NCBI RefSeq assembly: GCF_963921235.1
Contig: NC_086097.1
Location: 169,076,001 to 169,140,000, forward strand
Length of the DNA: 64,000 bases
From: Mobula hypostoma
Taxonomy: Eukaryota
Direction of reading: 5' to 3'
Below are positions 1 through 12,351 of the stretch, one piece after another. The notes beneath the pieces were generated by a model. The model did not search any database and was not told where the DNA came from. It saw only the letters and a program-made list of their open reading frames with translations. How positions within the stretch are numbered: position 1 is the first letter of the stretch; every line of letters begins with the position of its first letter. A program made the translations under genes and the position numbers.

Positions 1-169
1 AAGAGAGGAGTTGGCCAAAGTAAATTGGAAGGAGATGCTGGCAGAGAGGACAACAAAACAGAAACGGTATGAGTTTCTGGGAAAAAAATGAGGAAGGTTC
101 AGGATAGATGCATTCCAAAAGCAAATAAATACTCAAATAGCAAAATAGTACAACAGTGGTTGACAAGGG
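1..169 (+). mobile_element. Old CR1 LINE ORF2 (tether region), left part of a host element interrupted at 170
   Basis: Colinear with the CR1 copy at ~60800-60970; ...cagtggttgacAAGGG resumes as AAGGGaagtcaaag at 5892. Confidence 0.8.
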
Positions 170-1240
170 TCCGTGTTAGGGAACTGGAGCTACAGCTCGA
201 TGACCTTCGTCTGGTCAGGGAGAGTGAGGAGTTGATAGAGAGGAGTTACAGACAGCTGGTCACACCGGGGCCATGGGAAGCAGACAAGTGGGTCACGGTT
301 AGGAGGGGGAAGGGAAAGTGTCAGGTACTAGAGGGTACCCCAGTGGCTGTGCCCCTTGACAATAGTTACTCCTGTTTGAGTACTGTTGGGAAGGACAGCT
401 TACCTAGGGAAGCAACAGTGGCCGTGCCTCCGGCACAGAGTCCGGCCCTGTAGCTCAGAAGGGTAGGGAAAGGAAGAGGAGGGCAGTAGTAGCAGGGGAC
501 TCAATAGTTAGGGGGTCAGATGGGCGATTCTGTGGACGCAGTCAGGAGACTCGGATGGTAGTTTCCCTCCCTGGTGCCAGGGTCCGGGATGTTTCTGATC
601 ATGTCCAAGATATCCTGAAGTGGGAGGGTGGGGAGCCAGAGGCCATGGTACATATAGGTACCAATAACATAGCTAGGAAAAGGGAAGAGGTCCTGAAAGG
701 AGAATATAGGGAGTTAGGAAGGGAATTGAGAAGAAGGACCACAAAGGTAGTAACCTCGGGATTACTGCCTGTGCCACGCGACAGTGAGAGTAGGAATGAA
801 ATGAGGTGGAGGATAAATGCTGAGGGATTGGAGCAGGGGACAGGGATTCAAGTTTCTGGATCATTGGGACCTCTTTTGGCACAGGTGTGACCTGTACAAA
901 AAGGACAGGTTGCACTTGAATCCCAGGGGGACCAATATCCTGGCGGGGAGATTTGCGAAGGCTACTGGGGAGACTTTAAGCTAGAATGGTTGGGTGGTGG
1001 GAATCAAATTGAAGAGACTAGGAGAGAGGAGGTTAGTTCACAAATAGAGAAAGCTAGTAGACAGTGTGTGAGGGAGGATAGGCAGGGGACAGAGAACGGG
1101 AGCACTCAGACCGAAGATGTAGGGGGGAGAAGGAAGAAAAAGTTAACAAAATTGTTTGCACCATTAGGGATAAACAGAGAGTAAGAGGTGGAGAGTTTCT
1201 TAAATGCTTATATTTTAATGCTAGGAGCATTGTAAGAAAG

Positions 1241-1965
1241 GTGGATGAGCTTAGAGCATGGATTGATACCTGGAAATATGATGTTGTAGCTATTAGTGAA
1301 ACATGGTTGCAGGAGGGGTGTGATTGGCAACTAAGTATTCCTGGATTTCATTGCTTCAGGTGTGATAGAATCGGAGGGGCAAGAGGGGAAGGTGTCGCAT
1401 TTCTTGTCAGAGAAAACATTACTGCGGTGCTTTGGCAGGATAGATTAGAGGACTCGTCTAGGGAGGCTATTTGGGTGGAATTGAGGAATGGGAAAGGTGT
1501 AGTAACGCATATAGCAGTGTATTATAGACCACCTAATAGGAAGCGAGAATTGGAGGAGCAAATTTGTAAAGAGATAGCAGATATTTGTAGTAAGCACAAG
1601 GTTGTGATTGTGGGAGATTTTAACTTTCCACACATAGACTGGCAAACTCATTCTGTAAAAGGGCTAGATGGTTTGGAGTTTGTAAAATGTGTGCAAGATA
1701 GTTTTTTGCAGCAATACATAGAGGTACCAACTAGAGAAGGGGCAGTGTTGGATCTCCTGTTGGGGAATGAGATAGGTCAGGTGACAGAGGTATGTGTTGT
1801 GGAGCACTTCAGGTCCAGTGATCACAATGCCATTAGTTTCAATATAATTATGGAGAAAGATAGGACTGGACCCAGGGTAAAGATTTTTGATCGGAGAAAG
1901 GCTAACTTTGAGGAGATGCGAAAGGATTTACAAGGAATGGATTGGGACAATTTGTTTTATGGGAA
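1241..1965 (+). pseudogene. CR1 ORF2 APE endonuclease domain, interrupted at 1966
   Basis: ORF 1241-2050 has ETWL, YYRPP, GDFN, LDLLL, SDH; its last residues run into the nested insertion. Confidence 0.9.
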
Positions 1966-3722
1966 TACGGCTTTGTGCGGAACCAAACGAAATGGGGGAG
2001 ATCTTAAAAAAGGTTTTTTGCGTCTGTATTTACTAAGGAAGCTGGCATGAAATCTATGGAATTGAGGGAATCAAGTAGTGAGACCATGGAAACTGTACAG
2101 ATTGAAAAGGAGGAGGTGTTTGCTGTTTTGAGGAAAATTAAAGTGGATAAATCCCCGGGACCTGACAGGGTGTTCTCTCGGATCTTGAAGGAGACTAGTG
2201 TTGAAATTGCGGGGGCCCTGGCAGAAATATTTAAAATGTCGCTGTCTACAGGTGAAGTGCCAGAGGATTGGAGAGTGGCTCATGTTGTTCCGTTGTTTAA
2301 AAAAGGATCGAAAAGTAATCCGGGAAATTATAGGCCGGTGAGTTTAACATCAGTAGTAGGTAAGTTATTGGAGGGAGTACTAAGAGACAGAATCTACAAG
2401 CATTTGGATAGACAGGGGCTTATTAGGGAGAGTCAATATGGCTTTGTGCGTGGTAGGTCATGTTTGACCAATCTGTTGGAGTTTTTCAAGGAGGTTACCA
2501 GGAAAGTGGATGAAGGGAGGGCAGTGGATATTGTCTACATGGACTTCAGTAAGGCCTTTGACAAGGTCCCGCATGGGAGGTTAGTTAGGAAAATTCAGTC
2601 GCTAGGTATACATGGAGAGGTGGTAAATTGGATTAGACATTGGCTCGATGGAAGAAGCCAGAGAGTGGTGGTAGAGAATTGCTTCTCTGAGTGGAGGCCT
2701 GTGACTAGTGGTGTGCCACAGGGATCAGTGCTGGGTCCATTGTTATTTGTCATCTATATCAATGATCTGGATGATAATGTGGTAAATTGGATCAGCAAGT
2801 TTGCTGATGATCCAAAGATTGGAGGTGTAGTAGACAGTGAGGAAGGTTTTCAGAGCCTGCAGAGGGACTTGGACAAGCTGGAAAAATGGGCTGAAAAATG
2901 GCAGATGGAGTTTAATACTGACAAGAGTGAGGTATTGCACGTTGGAAGGACAAACCAACGTAGAACATACAGGGTTAATGGTAAGGCACTGAGGAGTGCA
3001 GTGGAACAGAGGGACCTGGAAATACAGATACAAAATTCCCTAAAAGTGTCATCACAGGTAGATAGGGTTGTAAAGAGAGCTTTTGGTACATTGGCCTTTA
3101 TTAATCAAAGTATTGAGTATAAGAGCTGGAATGTTATGGTGAGGTTGTATAAGGCATTGGTGAGGCCGAATCTGGAGTATTGTGTTCAGTTTTGGTCACC
3201 AAATTACAGGAAGGATATAAATAAGGTTGAAAGAGTGCAGAGAAGGTTTACAAGGATGTTGCCGGGACTTGAGAAACTCAGTTACAGAGAAAGGTTGAAT
3301 AGGTTAGGACTTTATTCCCTGGAGCGTAGAAGAATGAGGGGAAATTTGATAGAGGTATATAAAATTATGATGGGTATAGATAGAGTGAATGCAAGCAGAC
3401 TTTTTCCACTGAGGCAAGGGGAGAAAAAAACCAGAGGACATGGGTTAAGGGTGAGGGGGGAACAGTTTAAAGGGAACATTAAGGGGGGCTTCTTCACACA
3501 GAGAGTGGTGGGAGTATGGAATGAGCTGCCAGACAGGGTGGTAAATGCGGGTTCTTTTTTAACATTTAAGAATAAATTGGACAGATACATGGATGGGAGG
3601 TGTATGGAGGGATATGGTCCGTGTGCAGGTCAGTGGGACTAGGCAGAAAATGGTTCGGCACAGCCAAGAAGGGCCAAAGGGCCTGTTTCTGTGCTGTAGT
3701 TTCTATGGTTCTATGGTTCTAT
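1966..3722 (+). mobile_element. Young 5'-truncated CR1 LINE nested in the 170-5891 element
   Basis: Host reading LFYG|KDVIEKW is split here; tail (TTCTATGG)n at 3701-3724; GGAA repeated at 1962-1965 and 3723-3726. Confidence 0.92.
2047..3642 (+). CDS. Uninterrupted 531-aa CR1 reverse transcriptase and C-terminal domain (no endonuclease; 5'-truncated)
   Basis: KSPGPD, NYRPVSLTS, QYGF, DFSKAFD, GVPQGSVLGP, FADD. Confidence 0.85.
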   Translation: MKSMELRESSSETMETVQIEKEEVFAVLRKIKVDKSPGPDRVFSRILKETSVEIAGALAEIFKMSLSTGEVPEDWRVAHVVPLFKKGSKSNPGNYRPVSLTSVVGKLLEGVLRDRIYKHLDRQGLIRESQYGFVRGRSCLTNLLEFFKEVTRKVDEGRAVDIVYMDFSKAFDKVPHGRLVRKIQSLGIHGEVVNWIRHWLDGRSQRVVVENCFSEWRPVTSGVPQGSVLGPLLFVIYINDLDDNVVNWISKFADDPKIGGVVDSEEGFQSLQRDLDKLEKWAEKWQMEFNTDKSEVLHVGRTNQRRTYRVNGKALRSAVEQRDLEIQIQNSLKVSSQVDRVVKRAFGTLAFINQSIEYKSWNVMVRLYKALVRPNLEYCVQFWSPNYRKDINKVERVQRRFTRMLPGLEKLSYRERLNRLGLYSLERRRMRGNLIEVYKIMMGIDRVNASRLFPLRQGEKKTRGHGLRVRGEQFKGNIKGGFFTQRVVGVWNELPDRVVNAGSFLTFKNKLDRYMDGRCMEGYGPCAGQWD

Positions 3723-4858
3723 GGAAGGATGTAATAGAGAAATGGAGGTCATTTAAAGATGAAATCTTGAGGGCATAGGTTGAAAGGAAAGGTTAAAAGT
3801 TTGAGAGAGCCATGGTTTTCAAGAGATATTGGAAACTTGGTTCAGAAAAAGAGAGAGATCTACAATAAATATAGGCAGCTTGGAATAAATGAGGTGCTCA
3901 AGGAATATAAAGAATGTAAAAAGAATCTTAAGAAAGAAATTAGAAAAGCTAAAAGAAGATATGAGGCTGCTTTGGCAAATAAGGTGAAAATAAATCCAAA
4001 GGGTTTCTACAGTTATATTAATAGCAAAAGGATAGTGAGGGATAAAATTGGTCCCTTAGAGAATCAGAGTGGATGGCTATGTGCACAGCCAAAAGAGATG
4101 GGGGAGATTTTGAACAATTTCTTTTCTTCGGTATTCACTAAGGAGAAGGATATTGAATTGTGTAAGGTAAGGGAAACAAGTAGGGTAGGGTAGTTATGGA
4201 AACTATGATGATTAAAGAAGAGGAAGTACTGGTGCTTTTAAGGAATATAAAAGTGGATAAGTCTCCGGGTCCTGACAGGATATTCCCTAGGACCCTGAGG
4301 GAAGTTGGTGTGGAAATAGCAGGGGCTCTGACAGAAATATTTCAAATGTCATTAGAAACGGGGATGGTGCCAGAGGATTGGCATATTGCTCATGTTGCTC
4401 CATTGTTTAAAAAGGGTTCTAAGAGTAAACCTAGCAATTATCGGCCTGTGAGTTTGACGTCAGTGGTGGGTAAATCGATGGAAAGTATTCTTGGAGATGG
4501 TATATATAATTATCTGTATAGACAGGGTCTGATTAGGAACAGTCAACATGGATTTGTGCTTGGAAGGTCATGTTTGACAAATCTTATTGAATTTTTTGAA
4601 GAGGTTACTAGGAAAGTTGATGAGGGTAAAACAGTGGATGTTGTCTATATGGACTTCAGTAAGGCCTTTGACAAAGTTCCACACGGAAGGTTAGTTAGGA
4701 AGGTTCAATCGTTAGGTATTGATATTGAAGTAGTAAAATGGATTCAGCAGTGGATGGATGGGAGATGCCAGAGAGTAGTGGTGGATAACTGTATGTCAGA
4801 TTGGAGGCCAGTGACTAGTGGTGTGCCTCAGAGATCTGTAATGGGTCCGATGTTGTTT

Positions 4859-4933
4859 ATAGTCATAGTCATAGCCATAGCCATAGTCATACTTTATTGA
4901 TCCTGGAGGAAATTGGTTAAATATTGGAAATTG
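4859..4933 (-). mobile_element. Extremely 5'-truncated retroposon 3' tail (Rex1/Babar-like) inserted in the CR1 RT
   Basis: Minus strand reads aatttcctccaggatcAATAAAgta(tgrcta)n; host PMLF|VIYIND is split; GTTT at 4855-4858 and 4934-4937. Confidence 0.7.
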
Positions 4934-5891
4934 GTTTGTCATATATATTAATGATCTGGATGATGGGGTGGTAAATTGGATTAGTAAGTATTCAGATGAT
5001 ACTAAGATAGGTGGAGTTGTGGATAATGAAGTAGGTCTTCAAAGCCTGCAGAGAGATTTAGGCCAGTTAGAAGAGTGGGCTGAAAGATGGCAGATGGAGT
5101 TTAATGCAGATAAATGTGAGGTGCTACATTTTGGTAGGACTAATCAAAGTAGGACATACATGGTAAATGGTAGGGCATTGAAGAATGCAGTAGGACAGAG
5201 GGATCTAGGAATAATGGTGCATAGTTCCCTGAAGGTGGAATCTCATGTGGATAGGGTGGTGAAGAAAGCTTTTGGTATGCTGGCCTTTATAAATCAGAGC
5301 ATTGCGTATAGGAGTTGGGATGTAATGTTGAAATTGTACAAGGCATTGGTAAGGCCAAATTTGGAGTATTGTGTACAGTTCTGGTCACTGAATTATAGGA
5401 AAGGTGTCAACAAAATTGAGAGAGTACAGAGAAGATATACTAGAATGTTATCTGGGTTTCATCTCCTAAGTTACAGAGAAAGGTTGAACAAGTTGGGTCT
5501 TTATTGTTTGGAGCATAGAAGGTTGAGGGGGGACTTGCTAGAGGTATTTAAAATTATGAGGGGGATAGATAGAGTTGACGTGGATAGGCTTTTTCCATTG
5601 AGAGTGGGGGAGATTCAAAAAAGAAGACATGAGTTGAGAGTTAGAGGTAACATGAGGGGGAACTTCTTTACTCAGAGAGTGGTAGCTGTGTGGAACGAGC
5701 TTCCAGCAGAAGTGGTTGAGGCAGGTTCGATATTGTCATTTAAGGTTAAATTGGATAGCTATATAGACTGGAAAGGAATGGAGGGTTATGGGCTGAGTGC
5801 AGGTCGGTGGGACTAGGTGAGAGTAAGAGTCCGGCACGGACTAGAAGGGCCGAGATGGCCTGTTTCTGTGCTGTAATTGTTATATGGTTAT

Positions 5892-6985
5892 AAGGGAAGT
5901 CAAAGTTAATGTAAAAGCAAAAGAGAGAGCATACAAGAAAGCAAAAATTAGTGGGAAGACAGAGGATTAGGAAGCTTTTAAAAACCTACAGCGAGCAACT
6001 AAAAAGTCATTAGGAGGCAATAGATTAAATATAAAAGTGAGCTAGCAAACAATATCAAAGTGGATATAAAAGCTTTTTCAAGTATGTAAAAACTAAGAGA
6101 GATGAGTATGGATATAAGATCGCTAGAAAATGAGGCCAGAGAAATAATAACAGAGGACAAGTTGATGACAAATGAACTAAATGAGTATTTTGCATCAGTC
6201 TTTGCTGTGGAAAATACGAGCAGTGTGCCAGATGTTGAGGGAAGAAAAATGAGTGCAGTTACTATTACAAGGGAAAAGGTGCTGAAAAAGCTGAAAGATC
6301 TAAGGGTACATAAGCCACCAGGGGAAGATGAACTGCACCCTAGGGTACTGAAGGAGGTAGCAGTAGAGATTGTGGAGACATTAGTAATAATCTTTCAAAA
6401 TCATTGGACTCTGGCATGATGCCAGAGGACTGGAAAATTGAAAATGTCACTCCACTCTTTAAGAAAGGAGGAAGGCAACAGAAAGGAAATTATAGACCAG
6501 TGAGCCTGACCTCAGTGGTTGGGAAGATGTTAGAACCAATTGTTAAGGATGAGGTTATGGAAGAGTTGATGACACGGGACCAGGTAGGACAAAGTCAAAG
6601 TCAGCATGGTTTCCTTAAGGGAAAATCTTGCCTGATTAACCTGTTGAATTCTTTGAGGAGATTACAAGCAGGATAGATAACAGGGATGCAGTGGATGTTG
6701 TATATTTGGACTTTCAGAAGGCCTTTGACAAGATGCCACACATGAGGCTGCTTACCAAGTTAAGAGTCCATGGTATTACAGGAAAGGTACTAACATGTTT
6801 AGAGCATTGGCTGATTGGTAGGAGAGAGTGAGTGGTTGGCTGTTTGGCTGCCAATGACTAGTGGTGCTCTGCAGGGGTCAATGTTGGGACTGCTTCTTTT
6901 TACATTATATGTCAATAATTTGGTTGGTGGAATTGATGGCTTTGTAGCCAAGTTTGTGGACGATAGGAAGATAGGTGGTGCTTAG
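5892..6985 (+). mobile_element. Degenerate CR1 ORF2, continuation of the 1-169 host
   Basis: ORF fragments LNEYFASVF, NYRPVSLTSVVGK, QHGFLKGKSC; many frameshifts. Confidence 0.85.
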
Positions 6986-7451
6986 ACATAACAGACTGGA
7001 GGGTTCATCTACTGATTGGAACAGGTGGTTTTTGGGCAAAGGGATGCTTGGTAAGTGGAACTGAGGAACAAGAAAAGGGCAACCATGATAGGCAAAGAAG
7101 AGTCAATGGATGTTGACGTAAGAGCCCATGGTATTACAGGAAAGATACTAGCATGCATAGAGCATTGGCTGATAGGTAGGAAGCAAAGAGTTGAAATAAA
7201 GGGAACCTTTTCTGGTTAGATGCCAGTGACTAGAAGGGTTGCACAGGGGACTGTTTCTTTTTACATTGTATGTCAATGATTTTGATGAAGCAATTGATGG
7301 CTTTGTGGCCAAGTTCACTGATGATATTAAGATAGGTGCAGGGGCAGGTAGTGTTGAGGAAGCAGAGCAGGTATGGAAGGACTTAAACAGGTTAGGAAAT
7401 TGGGCAAATAAGTGGCAGATAAAATACAGTGTTGGGAAGTGTATGATCATG

Positions 7452-7660
7452 TAAGGAGTTCTCCCCATGACTGTGTGGGTTTCCTCTAGGTGCTCTAGTC
7501 TCTTCCCACAGTCCAAGGAATTTCGCGTTGGTACGTTAATTGGTCATTGCAAATTGTCCCGTGATTAGGCTAATGTTAAACCGGGGTCTTGCTGGGCGGC
7601 ACAGTTCGAAATGTCAGAAGGGGCTATTCCGCACTGTATCTCAATAAATAAATAAATAAT
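7452..7660 (+). mobile_element. 5'-truncated V-SINE (HE1-like)
   Basis: V-core tgggtttcctctaggtgctct...cccacagtccaag; (TAAA)n tail. Confidence 0.8.
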
Positions 7661-8002
7661 GAAAGCATAGACTATTCTCTAACTGGAAAGAAAATTGAAA
7701 AATCTGATGTGCAAAGGGACTTGGAGAGTCCTCATGCAGAATTCGCCAGAAGGTTAATTTGCAGGTTGAATCAGTAGTAAGGAATGGAAATGCAATGTTA
7801 CCATTCGTTTGAGTGGATAAGAATATAAAAGCAGGGATGCAAAGGCTTTATAAGGCACTGGAAAGGCCTCACTTGGGGTATTGTGAGCAGTTTTTAGCCC
7901 CTTAGTTACTATTCATTTGAGTGGATACGAATATAAAAGCAAGCATGTTAAGGCTTTATAAGGTGCTAGAGAGACCTCACTTGGAGTATTGTGAGCAGTT
8001 TT

Positions 8003-8595
8003 GATTAGATTAGATTAGATTAGATTAGATTCAACTGTATTGTCATTGTGCTGAGTACAGATACAAAGCCAATGAAATGCATTTAGCATCTGACCAGAAA
8101 TGCAAAGAATAGTGTTATTTACAAAATAACTGTGAATAAAAAGTAAGTGCTACAGAACACAAATATAAAAGTACTGAGACAGTATAATATGGGTGCAATA
8201 CTGCTTTGCGCTGTGATGAGAGGTTCAGCAGGGTCACAGCCTCAGGGAAGAAGCTCTTCCTGAGCCTGCTGGTGCGGGAGCGGAGGCTCCTGTAGCACCT
8301 ACCAGATGGGAGGAGAGCAAAAAGTCCATGGTTAGGGTGAGCTGCATCCTTGATAATGCTTTTCGCTCTGCCCAGGCAGCGTTTATAGTAGATGTTCTCA
8401 ATGGTGGGCAATTGGATGCCAATAATCCGCTGGGCAGTTTTCACCACATGCTGGAGTGCTTTGCGGTCCGATACAGGACAATTGCCATACCACACTGAGG
8501 TGCAGTTGGTGAGTATGCTCTCAATGGTACAGCAGTAAAAATCCGTCAACGTCCTGGGACAGAGGTGAGCTTTCTTCATGCTCTGCAGGAAATAA
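8003..8595 (-). mobile_element. Rex1/Babar LINE 3' fragment
   Basis: LYFL..FYCCTIESILTNCTSVWYGNC..LPSGR..SFFPEAV; (AATCT)n tail; TSD AGTTTT at 7997-8002 and 8596-8601. Confidence 0.88.
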
Positions 8596-8954
8596 AGTTT
8601 TTTGGGCCACTTAGCTAAGAAAGGGTGTACTGACATTGGAGAGGATTCAAAGGAGGTTTGCAAAAATGATACTGGGATTCAACAGCTTATCATATAAGGA
8701 GCGTTTAATGGATCTCGGCCTGTACTCACTGGAATTCATAAGAATTAGTGGGGGATCTCATTGAAATGTATCGAATGTTGAAAGGCCTCAATACAGTAGA
8801 TATGGAGAGGATGTTTCCTATGGTGGGAAGTGTAAGACCAGAGAATACAGCTCAGATTAGAGGGACATCTGTTTAGAACGGAGGTAAGTAAGAATTGTTT
8901 TACCAGAGAGTGGTAAATCTGTGGAATTTGTAGCGACAGGCAGATATAACAGCC

Positions 8955-9545
8955 ACAAGGCAGTGGGGCTGGACAGCATTCCAGGGTGAGTACCAAAAGT
9001 GTGTGGCACAGCTGACTGGTGTGTTCACAGACATTTTTAATCTTTCCCCTCCCCTCGTGTATTGCCCTCCTGCTTCAAAACATCCACCAATGTTGCTGTA
9101 CCAAAGAAAACCAAGGTAGCACATCTGAACGACTGGCATCTTGTCGCACTCACCTCGATCACAAGGAATTGCTTTGAGAGGCTAGTCAAGGACTACATCT
9201 GAAGCATGCTACTACCCACAATGGACTCCCTACAATTCGCCTACTGTCACAACCAATTAACAGACTTGCCATAGTCACAGCATTACACACCATCCTCACT
9301 CACTTGGAAACTCACCTGGAGAAGAAGGATGCTTATGTTAGAACGTTGTTCTTGGACCACAGTTCAGCATTCAACACCATAATTCCCCCCAGGCTCGACA
9401 ACAAGCTCAGAGACCTTGGCTGTATCCTGGAGTTCCTGCTGGATCGCTGGCAGGTAGTAAGGATACCTCAGTCTCACTGACACTCAACACATGAGCCCCC
9501 CCAAGGCTGTGTCCTGAACCCCCTTCTCCACTCCCTATAGATCAC
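8955..9545 (+). mobile_element. Degenerate Rex1/Babar RT fragment
   Basis: Frameshifted QLTGVFTDIFNLS, CFERLV, LQFAY, SAFNTI and PQGCVL motifs. Confidence 0.75.
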
Positions 9546-11056
9546 ATTTGTAATATGAAAACAAAGGATTGTGCATTTGTACAGCTCAGATATTACATTG
9601 CCATAAGTCATTCCAAATTCTTTCTGAAGTTTTTTTCATTGATTTTGTCCTGTTATCTGAAAATTTATAAATACTGAAGGGTTTACACAAAAAAACAATA
9701 CTTTTTCACAACATTTTTCTGATTGTGTCCTTAAAACCTTCATTGAAATCTTTACTGAAAAGTATCAAAGGTCACATCCAAGGTGTTCGTTTTACATAGT
9801 AATTTTGTAAAGCTATAGAATTTAGACTACGCATGTCCAAGTGGAAAACAATGAGATGAAGTGAGCATAAAGTAAGACAAGGGATAGGTGGACTATAGTA
9901 GGGAGGTTCTAAGGTCAGGAATATTGGGCTTCAAGGCATCTATGTATTGAGCCAATTGAAAACAAATAGAAAAAATGGTCTGGCAAAGCCATAAGGGTTC
10001 AGTTTTTCAGCTCATTCAGGAGGAGAAAATGTTCTGAGAAATCAGAAGGAATGAACTTGATGTAGTCACACATAAATGAGATTGATCAAGAAAAACTGCC
10101 ATTAAGGATCATGTTTCCTTCAAACTCTTAAATAATATCTGGTGGCTCTTCCACGACTAAGATAGACAACACCAGAAAAACAGAATTAAATTTGTGAGAA
10201 GTGTTGGTTAGGGAAAGAAGCAACAAAGGAAGCAACCAGAAAAGAACAGATTGAAAAGGGGAGCTTTCTCAGTTAGTGGATAAATATGATTTATCTAATG
10301 TACACTTTTTTAGGTATTTACAAATTAGGAATTTTTTACGTGATTTGTTGCCATATTACCCTTCTGCTTATCCACCTAATATGACAGACGATCTCTTTCA
10401 GTTTAAACCATTTCAAAAAGGGTTGATAGCTATAATTTATAAACAGTTATTCAGCTCACAAATGATATCTAAAGATAAAATTAAACGCGCTTGGGAATCA
10501 GAACTTCAGGCGTCATTTTCAGATAACCAACGGAGTAAAATTTTTCATTCAGTTAACAACTCATCTACTTGTGCCCATCATTCCTTGATATAGTTCAAAG
10601 TAGTGCATTGGGCCCATACGTCAAAGGATAAACTAGCGCGTATTTTCTCCAATATCAATCCTATTTGTGATAGATGTAATACTGAGCTGGCCACTTTAAC
10701 TCATATGTATTGGTCTTGTATAAAGCTAGATAACTTTTGGAGAGATGTTTTTAAAATACTATCAAAAATTTTGGATCTGGATCTACAACCTAATTTGCTT
10801 ATGGCAATTCTTGGGATTATCCCATCGGAAGCAGGAAATATTCCTGTTTCCGCTCAACGTATGATAGCCTTTTCAACCTTACTGGCTAGGAGAGCCATTT
10901 TATTGAAGTGGAAGGATTCTAATCCACCTACGGTCTTTTATTGGCTTTCCTCTATTATGTCCTGTTTAAGTTTAGAGAAAATAAGAAGTCAGACTTTTGA
11001 TAAATTTGAGCAAATCTGGCGACCTTTTATCCAATACTTTCATTTAATTTGATTTA

Positions 11057-12351
11057 CAGGTTTCCCCCCCCCCACCATCCAAAGGTAGAGAGCTCCTATG
11101 AAATAGTTCGTAAGCCGAAATGTCGTAAAGCGAAGAAGAAATTACCACTTATTTATATGGGAAAATTTTGTGAGCATTCGCAGACCCAAAAATAACATAC
11201 CAAATCATGCCAAATAACACATAAAACCTAAAATAACAGTAACATATAGTAATGTATGTACAGTGTAGTATCACTTACAGGAATCGGGAAGACAGCGAGC
11301 AAACTGATGATGGTGTGTTAGACTGAGTCGTCGGAGTTTGGGGTGGTGCAGTGGCCCCACCCTCCAGGAAGCGAACCGATACCGATTCATGGAGAATGCA
11401 GCGGTAGCCGGGAGGCACACAGCACATCTTTAAGAAAAAAGCCAAAACAAACATGCTAATTAATTAGGTGCCACCCGACACGTAATTAATTAGCATGTTT
11501 ACTTCAGCTTTTTTCTTAAAGATGTGCTGTGTGCCTCCCGGCTACCGCTGCATTCTCCGCGAATCGGTATCTGTCCGCGGCCTGGGGGTTGAGATGGTGA
11601 GACACTGGGGTGTCATCTCATCATCATCTGTTTCCATTAGGGCAGGTAGGTCATCTTCTTCTATCTCTGCCTGCCTCGATGTCGAAGGTTGAGGTTTGTC
11701 ATCTGCTGTGGCTGATGTGGAAGGCTTGCTTGACTGCTTAGCCTCGCGCATTTTTAGATCATACAGTTCTTTGTAAGCACTCAAATCATCTTGCAAATAT
11801 GCCCTAAACCGACGTACCCTTTCAAAATTAAAGTTGTACTTTATCATTACTCATTCGGTTTCGATTGTTATCCTTTCCTCTTCCAATTGCATCAGCTCTT
11901 CATCTATCAGTTCTTGATCATGGGATGCCAAGACCTCTTCAACATCATCTTCGTCAACTTCCACAAGCCAAACTTTCTTTGTCCTTACTTCGTTCACCAT
12001 GATCGAAATGCTTAATTATGTCTAGTTTTATGCTAAGTGTAACACCCTTAAGAGCTCTTTCAGGCTTTTCCGATACCTTAGAGCTCATCTTGCAAACGGC
12101 TGCTCACAGGCACGTGTTTAAGCAATGCCGGCGAGAATGCCGTTCCGAATCTGGGGGAGAGCGGCTGCTCGGGGCGCGCGCTGCTTTTTTTTTCATGCGC
12201 TGCCTTTTATTGCACGCTGCTTTTTTTCGCGTGCTGCCTTTTTTTCGTAACAATGAAAACAACTTCTGTTAGCGAAAACAGGGAACTAATGTAGGTCTTT
12301 CGTACCAGTGAGGTTTCGTAAAGCGAACATTCGAAAAGCGGAGGACACCTG
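11057..12351 (-). mobile_element. Internally deleted Tigger/pogo DNA transposon
   Basis: TA-flanked CAGGT...ACCTG ends; minus-strand N-terminus MSSKVSEKPERALKGVTLSIKLDIIKHFDHGE (ATG at 12088) joined to C-terminus DVEEVLASHDQELIDEELMQLE...AYKELY; DDE core missing. Confidence 0.85.
11378..11571. repeat. Inverted repeat with ~89-bp arms and a 16-nt spacer
   Basis: 11378-11466 is the near-perfect reverse complement of 11483-11571. Confidence 0.92.

Larger units (their letters stand above)
170..5891 (+). mobile_element. 5'-truncated, near full-length CR1 LINE (ORF1 coiled-coil + SGNH esterase; ORF2 APE endonuclease + RT), carrying two nested insertions
   Basis: ORF1 motifs GDS and VHIGTNN; ORF2 motifs AISETWL, IVGDFNFP, SDHNAI, DFSKAFDKVPH, YSDDTKIG; tail gttatatggttata; TSD AAGGG at 165-169 and 5892-5896. 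Confidence 0.93.
7090..8940 (+). mobile_element. Degenerate CR1 RT and 3' region interrupted by a V-SINE and a Rex1 fragment
   Basis: VAKFTDDIKIG; EYCEQF-like tracts. Confidence 0.75.
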
